Assembly: GCF_009914755.1 (NCBI RefSeq)
Contig: NC_060932.1
Reading direction: 5' to 3' (one strand)
Source of the DNA: the human T2T-CHM13v2.0 reference genome, Homo sapiens
Length of the DNA: 64,000 nt
A program made the translations under genes and the position numbers. The notes under the pieces are model-generated. The model was not told where the DNA came from and did no database searches. It worked only from the letters and a program-made list of their open reading frames with translations. Each line of letters begins with the position of its first letter. Positions within the stretch are counted from its first letter, which is position 1. This document shows positions 13,409-28,260 of the stretch, one piece after another.

Positions 13409-15037
13409 GATATCATTGATGAGTGAGCAGAACTTCCCCTGACTTAAAAGACCGCGGTTACCTTTGACTCAGTTCAGAGCCCAGTTTCTGCTGATCTTCT
13501 CATTTCCCTTCTCCTCAGAACTCTGGTATCCTAGGCGCCCCCACTCCTAATTCTCTAAATTAATTTGTTCTTAGCTCCCTAATTCACACTAAAGTGTAAA
13601 TGACTATGAACCCCTTAAAGGGCTAGCCTCTCTGAGAAAACAGGTAAGCAGCATCCAGAAAGTTAAAGCAAGGGATGAAGTTTCTTCAAAGATGGAATCT
13701 GAAGCAGCTTCTGGGGGGTCTGCTGTGGGGTGGGTGTTTGGAGGCTCAGGGTCAGAGTACACCCGCTGGCAGGCAGGCAAGCACTTTTTCCTCTGGGGGT
13801 GCAGCCTCCCAGATGCTGGAGTGGAATGCAGCCCTGGCCTTCCCCCTCTCTCTTTGGTGGTCTCCGCTGGAACCCTGGGGGGATCATGGAACAGAGCAGC
13901 TGCCAGCCACCGGCGACGCCATCGTTAGAAAACTGGGCACAAAGTTTATAGCACATTTCACAGTTTTAAAAGTGTTTGTTTGATATAAATCTTCTCAAAC
14001 TAGTCACCCTTGTGGGGTAGGTTGGTTTGTCCTCATGCCAATGCCGCAGCCATCTTGGACACGTGGATGTTTGAATGGCAGTCCCTGCAGCTGGGATTCA
14101 GGGGTAGGGGTGGGGGCGCCCTGGTGACAACCACAGCCTCTTGGAAGGCTAGGGAGAAAACAGAAACCCCACTGAGTGGACACAATCAGTCTGGATCCTT
14201 ATCAGGTGTCATTACACATGTGGCCTGCAGAGTAGGGGTTTTGATGGGGTTCCGGGGAGCCCAGGGTGGAAGGCAGGGATCATAGAGACTTCTGAGGCTC
14301 CGTCCACAAGGGATGCTGGCCTCGCCTGGGCTCTGTGACTCGTGTGTGGCCTTTATGAGCCGTGACCAATGGCTCAAGGCCTGGGCTGGCAGCCGTGAGC
14401 CTTCATCCTAGGCAGGAATTCTAATTAAACTGGGGCTCCTGGGTCTCACTTACAAAGAGCTCAGCCCCAGACCCTGCTTTTCGGGGCCCCACCCACCTGG
14501 ACATACTCTTTCACGCAACCTGCAGTGATATGCAGCTCAGGGAATCCCTGCTTCATGCTGCTGCGGGCTGCGGAGGGCCGGGGCCTATGCTGATGCTTGG
14601 GGTGGGCCCTGAGCTTTGACTCAAACAGATGTTTAGAGAAAACTCTCGCTGGGCTCTGGGATCATCCAGGGACTTGGCTTGCAGATGCTGTCCCTGTTCT
14701 CTGTGCTGTTATTTTCTATCTATGGTCATCTATTTTCCTCACAGTGAATGTGGTTGGTTTAGGTGTTCAGGGATCCAGGGAAATTTGGGGTGGTGGAATC
14801 CTCTCATCCAAGCTTCGCCAAGGGACCAACGGAAGGGGTTTCATTCAGCAGTGTCCAACCGAGTACCAGGTGGACTGTGAGCTTTGAGCAGCCCGGTCCC
14901 CGACTCATGAGAGTTGGATGAGGAACAGGGTGCTTTCCAGAGAGCTGACCTGAGGGATGGGTAGAATTTGCATAGGCAGAGAGGAAGCCTGAGCGACAAG
15001 GACATAGCCGCTTTACACATATTCAATAATATTGGAG

Positions 15038-15367
<330 letters not shown>

Positions 15368-17122
15368 TTAGGAGGTTTATCTGCACATCAGACATCCTTA
15401 ATTCTCAAATGTATCTGATTCTGCTAATTCCCAAAGCAAAGAACTGAAACAACTCTGCTCCCCTTCCTCATTCAGCAATCAGGTTATCCTGTGGCTACTT
15501 ATTTTCCTCTTTAAATCATGTCCATTTCAGTCTAATTTCAGCAGCATAAAATGAGGACGTGTGTGGATGTGGCCGATGGAGGCTGTGACAGGGGCTTTGA
15601 CTGAAGTTGTGTTGACAAATGTATGACTGTAGTTGCTCTGTCCCTGCCTTCTCTCCAGGGCCTCCTGTTCTTGCCACAGCCTCCCACCACCCCAACTCAG
15701 TCCAGGCCTGGGTCCTCTTTGACAGGCTGTCCCCTGAGTACTGTTCATTGGTGAACAAAGAGTTCAGTGAAAAGAAGGCAGAAGGCCTGGGGTGAGAGAA
15801 AATCTCCGAGGGGGACCTGATGCAGCCTTGGGGGAATAGAAGCTGCCTAGCTTCTTGGGGTCTGCACAAGCTAAGGCCTGGGCTCCTGGCAGACTTTCCT
15901 GCTAGCCCAGAAGACACCCACACACCCAAACCACTGGGAACGTGGCTTGCTGACCTTGGCAGGAAGAAGGGCTGAGTCGGCCTTTTGCGTAACATAAATA
16001 CTCAGCACAGCTGCCTGCGACCTGCCCACTTCTTGTCAAATCCAAGAAGGAAGGGACCTGCTGGCCAAACCCTTTTTTCCCACTGGACCTCAGACCCCAA
16101 GGAACTTGGAGTCTGCTCAAGTGAGTGAGTTGGGGCTCTTCGCCCTCCCAGAACTGGCTGTTGATGGAAGAAACCCCTGCGTAGGAAGGATGGTAAGAAA
16201 ATCCAAGGAGCTGCCTGTTCTATTGGGAAAATAAAAGGTCTGCTGTGAACCAGCATTCTTGGGAAGCTCCCTGTAAACTCTTATAGGGAAGCTCTGAGCC
16301 TTTTCACCTAAGCTGATCCAGGAGGGAGGAGGGAAGAAGAAAGCATAAAATAACTTGGCAAAAGAAGTTGTATTTCCCAGCGCTTTGCTCACCCATCTCC
16401 ACACAGATGCTGGAGCCTTCAGCACCCTCCCAGCCCTATACTCGGGGTCGATCCTGACTCAATCCTTTGTTCATAATGTGCTGTCATCACCCCCAGCCCT
16501 TGTCACCATTTGCAAAGTTTCCCTTCCTTCCCTCTCTTTGTCTAGGTCCCACACATCCTTTTAGATCTGATTCAAATCCCACGACTTCCATGAAGATGTG
16601 TTCCACTTACTCTGATTTCTCTCTTCTTGGAACTCCTGTCACCCTGGATTCATGGTTAGCACTTAATTTTTGTCTAACAGTTTTGTGAAAATTAGCACTG
16701 TCCTATCAGCCCCTTGTCACTATGTAGCTAGCACAGCCCAGATGGATACTGGGATGGGCTCAGTAAGTACAGATTGACAATGACTTCCCAAAAAGATGGC
16801 AAGTTCTTCCAGCAGCTGGGGATGGGCCACTGTACCTGTTTTCTGGGGCCTACCAGACCACGGGACACGTTGGAAGGAGGGTCTTTGGTCTTGAAGTTTG
16901 GAGGTGAGGCCCCAGCAGGAAGGAGAACTAAGGTGACAGATGTATGCCTTTTGGATGGGGCCTGGTTTGGGGGCATTTCATAGTCCCATGCCAATCCCAA
17001 GGCACCACTGGTAGCCCCTTTGTGAGGATCTGTCAGGGAGAGAGTGAACAAGATGTTGCCTCAGCATTTTAGGACCACAGTTTCCTCATCTGTATGAGTG
17101 GTTTCAGTAGGTGACCTCAATT

Positions 17123-17833
<711 letters not shown>

Positions 17834-18150
17834 AGAGTGCTCACTGTGTGCCAGGAACTCATACCTGTTCCGAGGTTGTAGCAGTGAACAAATAGATAAC
17901 AGGCCCTTCCCTCATGAAGCTTACACATTTTAATAGGGGAAGACAGAGTTTAAAAAATGAAGTAAAATAATAATATGTCAGATGGTGATAAGTGCTACAG
18001 AGAAAAATAAAGCTGAGAAGGAGACAGGGAGTGCTAGAGAGGTGTGTTGAGGCAAGGCCAGGGTTCCTGGTGGGCTTGTCTAGAAAACCTCGCCAAAAGA
18101 CATTTATGCAAAGACCTGAAGGAGATGAAGGAGATGAGCAGGTCATCCAC
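17834..18150 (-). mobile_element. L2 fragment
   Basis: gagtgctcactgtgtgccagg...cagtgaacaaa...ccctcatgaagcttaca (reverse L2 3' end). Confidence 0.75.
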
Positions 18151-18189
18151 AGGAATATCTGAGATTTTAAAAATTACACTAAAAATATC

Positions 18190-18910
<721 letters not shown>

Positions 18911-20519
18911 TTATCGTGTGGAGACACTGAATGCAGAAAAAGAACTGATGGGCAATAATCCCAAACCCAGCAAGTCAGTGCCAACAATGGGACAGAAGTC
19001 AGGCAGGTATACTTGATAATTAGACTTTCCCCTAGGATTGGTGGAGGATGATTGCTCAGGGGTTGGAGGAGGATGACACACATAGTCACACATCAAACAT
19101 ACCGGGGAAGAGATGCCAGCACCGGGGAAAAGGAAGGACTGATGGTTTTTTGGTTCAGTCAGCTCTGAGAGGTCAATCAGAATGTGCATAGAATACCATG
19201 GCATAATGGGAAGTTATTGAACTGGAAGATGGGATCCTCCTATCCATCAATTAACCTCTCTGGGGTCCAATTGTCTCCTGTGAAAAATGTGGATAACAAC
19301 ACCTGCACAGTTCAAGGGCAAGGGCAAACCACACAATTGTTTGAGAGTCTTTCCAGCTTAAAGATCCACTAATCTAAGTTACAGGGAGAAAATTTCTAAC
19401 CCTAAGTGCCACCGGACATGAAAGGGGTATCTCGCCAATGGATTTGTTTCCTTAGGAGCTGGAAGGCATCCAGTGAGACACACTAGAGGAGAGATGGTCT
19501 CTGAGGTTGTTTCCAGCACTAAGGGTCTTCGGTAAGATGATGACTCATGTGTCTATGCTCCTTGCTCTGTCTTCAGCTACACATTAGCCACTTATAGTCA
19601 AATGTGACCCCATATTATACCCTAGTATGAAAATCAGAACACAGTGTACAGCAAAGTCAAACTGTAAGATTCTCCAGTTTCCCAACTTGATAGCTATTAC
19701 CATTTGCCTCTTGAGTGGTGGAGTGGTTTTTGTCTCAGGACCTGGGTCTTCCAGTCATGGAAGCTGAAATAGGGTAAGATATATCCTGCAAACACAGCTA
19801 GTGAGATGGGGGCTTGTAGAGGTAAGAATATATGATGGATACAGAGCAAACAGCTACTCAATTGGAGGACAATTTCTGAAAGTGACAAGGGCTTACTGCC
19901 CCTCCTGGGTTCTTGCAGAGCAGCCTAAGCTTCTCTCATCTCTTCATCAACTGCCCACCTGTCTTCTTCCAGACCTCTCTGTGTTCCATTCTAATGGGCA
20001 TCCTTATGGATTGACAGAATCCTAACATTTCTGATCTGGAAGGATTTTTTGAGAATATGTAGTTCAATGTTTCCCCAAATGTCAGTCTTTCACAGTTTTG
20101 TCATATACATATGCCAACTGTTCTATTATTTACTCATGGTTTTATTTAAATTGAGACTTTTCAAAACCTTGTGTGTTTTTATATTACCAACATAAATTGA
20201 AAACCAGCCTTACCAGACATTTAAGATAGCCATGATTAATATAAACATGAAAATTTAAAAATGTTTGCCCATTTACCCATGTAAAAGCATCTTAAGTGCC
20301 TTATCATAGTACACCCATACCATACTTTGGAAACATGGATCCACTGCAACGCTCCTCCTGAACAGATTTGAAAACAATGACCCAGAAAGGTGAAGTGACT
20401 TGCTCAAGTTCCACAGTGGTGAGTGTCCTAAACTCTTGACTCCCAACCAAAGTCTGTCAGCTTATTCTATCTTATAACTCTTTAGATGAAGCTGATGAGG
20501 ATTAAAGATATCTACCATC

Positions 20520-20967
20520 TGAATTAGGGTTCCTAGGGCTGCAGTCGCAATGCATCGCAAACTGGGTGACTTAACACAACAGAAATGTTTTGTCTCACAG
20601 TACTGAAGGCTCTAGTCCAAACTCAAGGTATTGACAGGACCATGTTCCCTCTGAAGCCTCTAGGGGAAGATGCTCCCTTTCCTCCTCCATCTTCTGGTTG
20701 CCGTAGATGTCCCTTGGCTTGTGGCAGCATAACTCCAATCTCTGCTTCTGGCTTTACATGACGTTTTCCCTGTGTATTTCTGTCTCATGGCCATTTTGTT
20801 ACAAGAACACTATCTTCTTACAAGGACACCAGTCATATTGGATTAAGGCCCCACCCTACTCCTGTATGACTTTATCTTAACTTACCTAATTACACCTGCA
20901 ATGACTCTATTTCCAAATAAGTTCACGTAACATATCTTTTTAGGGGGATAAAACTCAACCCATAACA
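20520..20967 (-). mobile_element. MaLR solo LTR (MLT1C-like)
   Basis: tgaattag...caacccataaca with perfect 5-bp TSD ccatc (20515-20519, 20968-20972). Confidence 0.9.
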
Positions 20968-21148
20968 CCATCTGAAAGGGACTTGAATCTAATAGGGGAC
21001 AGAGAAAGACTCCAGATATATCATGAATAAAAGTAAAATGATGGGACTACATACATCAATAAAATATTAACTTGCATTGGCATTGTACACTGTGGTATGC
21101 AAGCACTGTCTCATTGGTTCCTCACTATAGCTCTGTGAAGCAAACAGG

Positions 21149-21625
21149 TATGGTAGATTGTTGCAGTAACAGTCCCCAGTGAATCATTCTCCCTGTGTCT
21201 ATGCCTTTATGTAGCCCTTTTGACAATGATTCTGGGCCTGACCGTGTGGCTTGCTTTGGTCAGTGTGATATTAGCAAATGTGATGCAAGTATAGGCTTGA
21301 AAGCGCTTGTGTATTGGTGTTTTGCCTTCTCTTGCTACCAGGAACTCTCCTGCTATCATGTGAAGCAGCATGGACTAGCCTACAGAGGATGAGGCCTCAT
21401 GGAGCAGACAAGCTGTCTCAGTTGAGGCCCTCAAAACCAATCAAGCTCCAGCTGAACTGCCAGGTGACTGTAGCTGCATGAGTGACCCCAGGCAAGATGA
21501 GCAGAAGAGGCCCCAACTGAGCCCAACCCAAATAGCTGACTCATGGAATCATGAGCAAATAAAATGGTTGTTTTAAGCCACTAAGTTTTTAGATGGTTTG
21601 TTACCCAGCAATACATAATTGGTTT
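21149..21625 (+). mobile_element. MaLR solo LTR (MLT1H-like)
   Basis: cttgctttggtcag...tgcatgagtgaccccagg...ttttaagccactaagttt...gcaatacataattg. Confidence 0.75.
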
Positions 21626-22048
21626 ATCAGATATCACAGCTATTTTATAGATGAAGAAACTGACTCTCCAAGAATTTGATTGACTTGCACATCAGGACAA
21701 GGACTGGGATGGAAAGAGAAAGCCATGTCCTTCTTTGGTTTAAGAACCTAACAGACAAGTACAGTGTAATGGACATTTCTGACACTGGAAAGTTAGTAAT
21801 ATATGATGGGGTTTGAAAAATTCTAGAAGACAGAAATAAAGTATTCTAGGGGCTGAAGTCTGGCCAAATATAAAGAGACTGCAGAGATGTCGTCCATTTG
21901 GACTGGGAAAGTCAAATGTGAGTTGGCAGAAGTGAAGGCTGCAGAAACATGTTGGATACAGACTTGGCTCCCAAGGCTGAGAATTACAAAACTGGGGAGC
22001 AGGGTGAAGACTCCAAGCTCAAAAGAGGCAATTTTAGGACAAATTTTT

Positions 22049-22247
22049 TAATTTTAATTTTTATAGATTTAGGGGATACAAGTGAAGTTTTGTACATGAA
22101 TACATGGTGTAGTGGTGAAGTCTGGGCTTTTCACGTAGCCATCACCCAAATAGTTTACATTGTACACAGTAGGTAATTTCTCATCCCATCCCATCTCATC
22201 CCACCCCCCCCATCTTCCACCTTTTGGAATCTCTATTGTCTATTATT
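22049..22247 (-). mobile_element. Short L1PB/L1MA 3' end
   Basis: Reverse L1 3' UTR (tagatttaggggatacaagtg...gtggtgaagtctgggcttt). Flanking repeat aattttagga(ca/tg)aattttt. Confidence 0.8.
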
Positions 22248-22374
22248 AATTTTAGGATGAATTTTTAAAAAAGACAACTTTTCACAGTGGGCATTAAATT
22301 AATGGAACTCCTTACTTTCAAAAGCGGTTAGGTTAAAAATATAAATAGTTTTGTCTATGTATTAATATATTATA

Positions 22375-22930
22375 TCATATTTACTGAGGGCTTATTATAT
22401 GCTAGGCACCATGTTTGGAGATGGAGATTCAGAAATTAGTAGAACATGATCAGTTCCCTCATATTCCAGAAAGAGAGACAGACATACTGACTAATCCATC
22501 TACATGTGGTTATCGAGTCCTGTGTGCAGATCCTGTGCTGTTTCCTGTGCTAGTTCTGCAGATTGAGGAGTGAGCAAAATAAACTTGCTTCCGCTCTCCT
22601 TGAGCTCACAGTTTGTTGGAGAAGGCAGATATTAGATAAATAACTAACTAATCATAATACATGATTGATTATTCATAGTGTTGTAAGAGAGAGGTACAAG
22701 GAGCTTTAGAAATAGATATAAAAGGGAGTCATTTTCTAATCTGGGGAGCCATAAAAGACTTCCTTGAAGATTTTAGGCTTAAGCTGACAAAAGGAGGCTG
22801 AAGATGGGTGAGGTTGGCACATACAGGGGAAAAATATTCATAGAAGAATCATCACGCAGCAAAGGGATGAAGAGAACTATTTGAGGAACTGAAAGACATC
22901 CAGTATGCCTGTGTTGGAAGGAACAAGAGG
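22375..22930 (-). mobile_element. L2 fragments
   Basis: atttactgagggcttattatatgctaggcac...; ctcacagtttgttggagaaggcagat...; aagacttccttgaaga. Confidence 0.6.
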
Positions 22931-22944
22931 GCAAAACCAGGCTG

Positions 22945-23370
22945 GAGAAGGTCCTACTCTGTCTTGCTGTGCACCCCAGGAGGGTGATCACTGAGACTAT
23001 GCCTCCTGGGCTCCCTTGCCCTCTGGCTTCCAGTTGGGTCTGGGCGATGGGAGGCATGAGTAGGAGATAAGAGAACAGAGGGAAGAGAAGCCATGACATT
23101 TCCCCTCCTGCTTTCTCCCTGCCTGGGTGCTGAGTTTCTGGTGGTGCCTGTATTCTACAACAGCAGTTCCTGTTGGGTGGCCCCGTTCCCATGGTTCCAA
23201 CTTTGCTGGTTCTTGTAGCACCTTTTTCCCTCTGCCCATTCAGGCCTAGGAGTCACAATGGCTTCCCACATTTGCTAATCCTGGAATGCCTTAACTTCTC
23301 TTTTTATTTCTTTTAACCTTTGTATATAGTCTCTTTATCAAACTATCCTTGAAATCCTGGTTGAGGGTGC
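22945..23370 (+). mobile_element. ERVL LTR (LTR33-like), 3' end missing
   Basis: gggctcccttgccctctggcttccagttgggt...aggcctagg...aatggcttccc. Confidence 0.7.
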
Positions 23371-23853
23371 TGTGATGGTTAATTTTATGTGTCATCTTGA
23401 CTGGGCCAAGGAGTGCCCAGACAGCTGGTGAAACATTGCTTCTGGGTGTATTTGTGAGGGTGCTTTTGGAAGAGATTAGCCTTTGAATTGGTGGACTGAG
23501 TAAAGTACTTGGCCCTCCCCTGTGTGAGTGGGCATCATCTAGTCTGTTGAGGGCCTGAATAGAAGAAAAGGTGGAGGAAGTGTGAATACATTTTCTGCCT
23601 GATTGCTTGAGCTGGGATACCAGCTTATGATACCTGCCCTCAGTGCTCATGTTCTTAGGGCTTCAGGCTCAGACTGGAACCTGCACCACTGGCTCTCTGA
23701 CTCTCAGGACTTTGAAATATACCGCTGGCTTTCCTGGGTCTCCAGCTTGCAGATGGTAGATTGTGGGAGTTCTCAGATTCCATAATCATGTGACCCAATA
23801 CCTTATAATAAATTTATTTATAGATATATCTTATTGGTTCTATTTCTTTGGAG
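23371..23853 (+). mobile_element. MLT2B-like ERVL LTR lacking its terminal ~15 bp
   Basis: tgtgatggttaattttatgtgtca...attggttctatttctttggag. The expected ...ctaataca end is absent. Confidence 0.88.
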
Positions 23854-23874
23854 AGTCAAATGTAAGTTGGCAGA

Positions 23875-23990
23875 AGAGACAGGGTTTTTCCATGTTGGCC
23901 AGGCTGGTCTGGAACTCCTGACCTCAGGTGATCCACCCTCCTGGCCTCCCAAAGTGCTGGGATTACAGGCACGAGCCGCTGCACCCAGCC
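23875..23990 (-). mobile_element. Alu left arm only (right arm and tail deleted)
   Basis: agagacagggttt...gctgcacccagcc, with no linker or right arm. Confidence 0.92.
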
Positions 23991-24535
23991 ACAGTATCTT
24001 ATAAAGCGAAATATATACTTACCCTATGACCCAGCTATCCCACTCCCAGAAATTTACCCAAGAGAAATGAAAATATATGTCCTCACAAAGTCTTGTATGT
24101 GAATGTTCACAGCAGCTTCATTCAAAATAGGTCAAAACTGGAAAGAACCCAAACTTCACTGCTGAGTGGATAATCAGATTGGGTATACTCATACACTACT
24201 CAGCAATAAAAGTGAATGAAATTATTAATACATGCAACATAAATGAATCTCAAAAATACCATACTAAGTGGAAGAAGTGAAAAACAAAAAGACAGCACGC
24301 TGTCTGATTCCATTTATATGAAATCTTAGAAAAGGCAAAACAGAGCAATCGTAGTTGCCTGGGTAGGGGTAGGGAGAAGATATGGACAGCAATGGTTGCA
24401 TTAATAAAGTTTTTATGGTAATGGAAACATCTATATCTTGATTGTGCTCATGCTTACAAGACTGTGTAAAGTTACTAACATTTCATCAAACTACCCAATT
24501 AAAATAGGTGAATTTTGTGTATAAAACTATACCTG
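23991..24535 (+). mobile_element. L1M (MD/ME-like) 3' region
   Basis: ttaccctatgacccagctatcccactcc...acccaagagaaatgaaaa...atgaatctcaaaaat...attccatttatatgaa. Confidence 0.85.
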
Positions 24536-25327
24536 GCTGCGGTGTGCCGAACAGAACGGAAGTGCGCATGAATGGACGGAGGGAGGCCAGTTGGAAGGTC
24601 TCTCCTCCCCACCACCCCTCATTACAGCATTCCCTTCCCAATAGCTTTGCAGCTTGGGAGTCTGCCCTAACAGAGTTGGGGGAACCTGGTTCTTTTCCAA
24701 CTGACTGTCATACAAAGGACCAAATCACCACTCTCATCTCCATCTCCGTCTCCCTGGCTGGTTCCCAAGGATGTTATTAGGATAACTGAGATCTTGTCTA
24801 CAAAGAAATCCCAGTTCCATGGAGACAAATATTCACTAAGCCCAAGGAGGTTAAGCAGCTTATCCATTGCAACTTTATTTCTTTAGCCCCTCTGTGTTCC
24901 TGTCTGCAAAAGGAAGGGCTGAACTACACAGCCTCGAAGGATCCTCTGAGCCCTAACAGCTTGTGATTTTAAGTCCAATGCAGGTTTGATTTGAGTTATT
25001 ATTTATAGTCTTCATGTGTATGCTCCTCTGCAGGAATGCCCTCTCTTCCTCAGCACCCGGTTGCATTTACTCAGCTTCCAAGGGCCAGCTGAAGTTCCCT
25101 TCACACTCCATGAAGCCCCTTCTTACTATTCTCAAGTTCCACTGATCTGGACTCCTCTTGCAGTGACAGCCTGTACTGAATCATCCAGCACTTCCATATG
25201 ATAGAATGCAAACTGCTTTAGGCTGTTATTATGTATATAATAATGATATTTTCTCCTCAACCAGTTTGCAAGAGCCTTGAAAGGCTTCTATTTCTTATGT
25301 TCTCCCATTCCCCAACCTCCCTGCCCC

Positions 25328-25332
<5 letters not shown>

Positions 25333-25366
<34 letters not shown>
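25333..25366. repeat. (AC)17 microsatellite
   Basis: Perfect dinucleotide run. Confidence 0.97.
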
Positions 25367-25368
<2 letters not shown>

Positions 25369-25854
25369 CTGTGAGTTTTGAGCATTAAGTACGTTGTCAA
25401 TCCAGTCTTGTTAGATTCTTGTTGCTCTTCTTCTGCGTCTACAACTTGCTTCTCTTTAATTCTGTTTAACTCTCACCTTCTCATCTGGCTGCCCTTGTGC
25501 AGGAATCAAGGAGTTCAGCAGCAAGTTCTCAGAAATCAGTAGGAAGCAGAAATCTTACCCACAGCCCTGATACCTCCCACCGTCCTCATGGTCCCTGATT
25601 TCACTAGAAGTTGGCAGTGTGCACACAGAAATCTTCCCACCAAACAGATGTGTGGCCGGGCAGTGAGGAGGAGGAGATCCACACGTGAGAACTTTCTCCA
25701 TATTCTCTCAGAGAACTTCACTGGCTCTAAAGCATGATTTGTTTAGACACAGATGAATTTCTATTTGGCCTTAAGCACACGAGTCCTATACACGTGTGGA
25801 TCAGGGCTTATTTCCAGGGTTTTATAGAAATAAAATGAATTTGCCATATGTTAA

Positions 25855-26070
25855 AATGTGTGGTCCTGGAAGTCAGCTAGACCTAGGGTGGAGCCCCGGA
25901 TCTGCCATCTACACGCTATGTGACATTGGTCTAATTGCAGAGCTTCTCCTTTTCCCAGTTTCTATGTCTTTAGAATAAGGTTTATTAGAGACATGAAGGA
26001 AATGACACAGGCACTGTGCTCTGCACAGGGGCAGACAATTAATTGCTCAACAAATGGTACTTGTTATTAG
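25855..26070 (+). mobile_element. MIR
   Basis: ctggaagtcagctagacctaggg...ctgccatctac...tgctcaacaaatggtacttgttatt. Confidence 0.6.
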
Positions 26071-27398
26071 GCTTTTCCTGTCATGCATAAAATGTAGGGT
26101 GCAAGGCAAAACAGTTCTCCTTTTCCAGCGGGGAGACCTTGGCGGGGTGTGCACTGGATGGGTGGCTGGTTCCATCCTGCTCTATCCACGGGATATGTTC
26201 TCTGATTCCCATCCCGAGGGATTCTCGAGGGCCCTGTCAGGAAGCGAGAAAGGCTGCAGCTGGAGACTGTGGGATTCTGGGCGGGTCTGTGCAGGCTTCA
26301 AAGACTCAGTGTTTTCTTTTTGAAGAGGAGTCTTTGCAGCTCATTAGCTCTGTGGCAGAGGCCACCAACCAAATCAAATAGGGGTCTGACTTAGCCTCTG
26401 CGAGTTCCCCTAAAGACCTCTGTATGGGGATTTTGGAGAAGAGAAGCTTGTTTGCACTCCACTTTTAGACTAAAGCTCACTGCGAGGAGAGGCTGGGCGC
26501 AGAGCACGATTGTATGAGTATCTAATAAGCAACAGCTCTTGGTGCTGATGAGAAAGCTTCCAACACAGCACAAGGACCCACCTTCACTGCCCCGTCACAG
26601 TGTCATGCACATCTGGACACTTGGAAGAAAATATCATTTGATGATGATGTTGCTGATAACATGCCTCTCCTCCCCAGCCCCCGACCCACCAAAGAACTCT
26701 CTGTTGAGATGCACGTTAAATTCCAAGACAAATGTGCCCCTGCGGTACTCACCACACACCCATCAATGGCGTGGTTTTGATCTGTGCCCTTGAGTGAAAG
26801 GGTGGGGCTTCTTATTTTTTTCCAGCATGGGTAGAAACCATGGGTTGGGACCATAGAGAATCCCACAATCACGGGGTTCCTGGAAGATCTAGCCCAGGAT
26901 TCTGTGTCCAGTCAGGAATGTGTCTAGGTTAATCTAGTACACTGAGTTCTGTCTCCAGACCCTTGGGAGGTGAGGGAGGGAGTGAGATTTCACAAGTCCC
27001 CTTGTTCTCCATTGGTGGTATTTCTTAGCCCTTTCTCTACCCTGGAAGTGAGGACAAGAAGCTTCTTAATGTGGTTTCACGGGTTGGGGATGGAAGCTGT
27101 CTTCAGAGAGAATTGCATGTGTAGCTGCATATATAAGTCTATTCTGAGAAAATGCAAAGATCACTTTGCCCCCCGTAAACACCTTTCCCCAAGCGGGTGC
27201 TGCCTGAAGTAATGTTAAAGTCTTTAATCCCACAATTAGGGAAGATTAAAAGGCAAATATCTCTACGTTGACCTAACATGGGGTTTTAAATTCACACATA
27301 CATAAAAATGACTGAGCTTGGGAGACTTTTCTTCTGGGGTGGAGAGGGTTAGGTTTTACAAACCTGGTGGGAGTGGGGCTATGAAGGAGCAGAAATGG

Positions 27399-28260
<862 letters not shown>

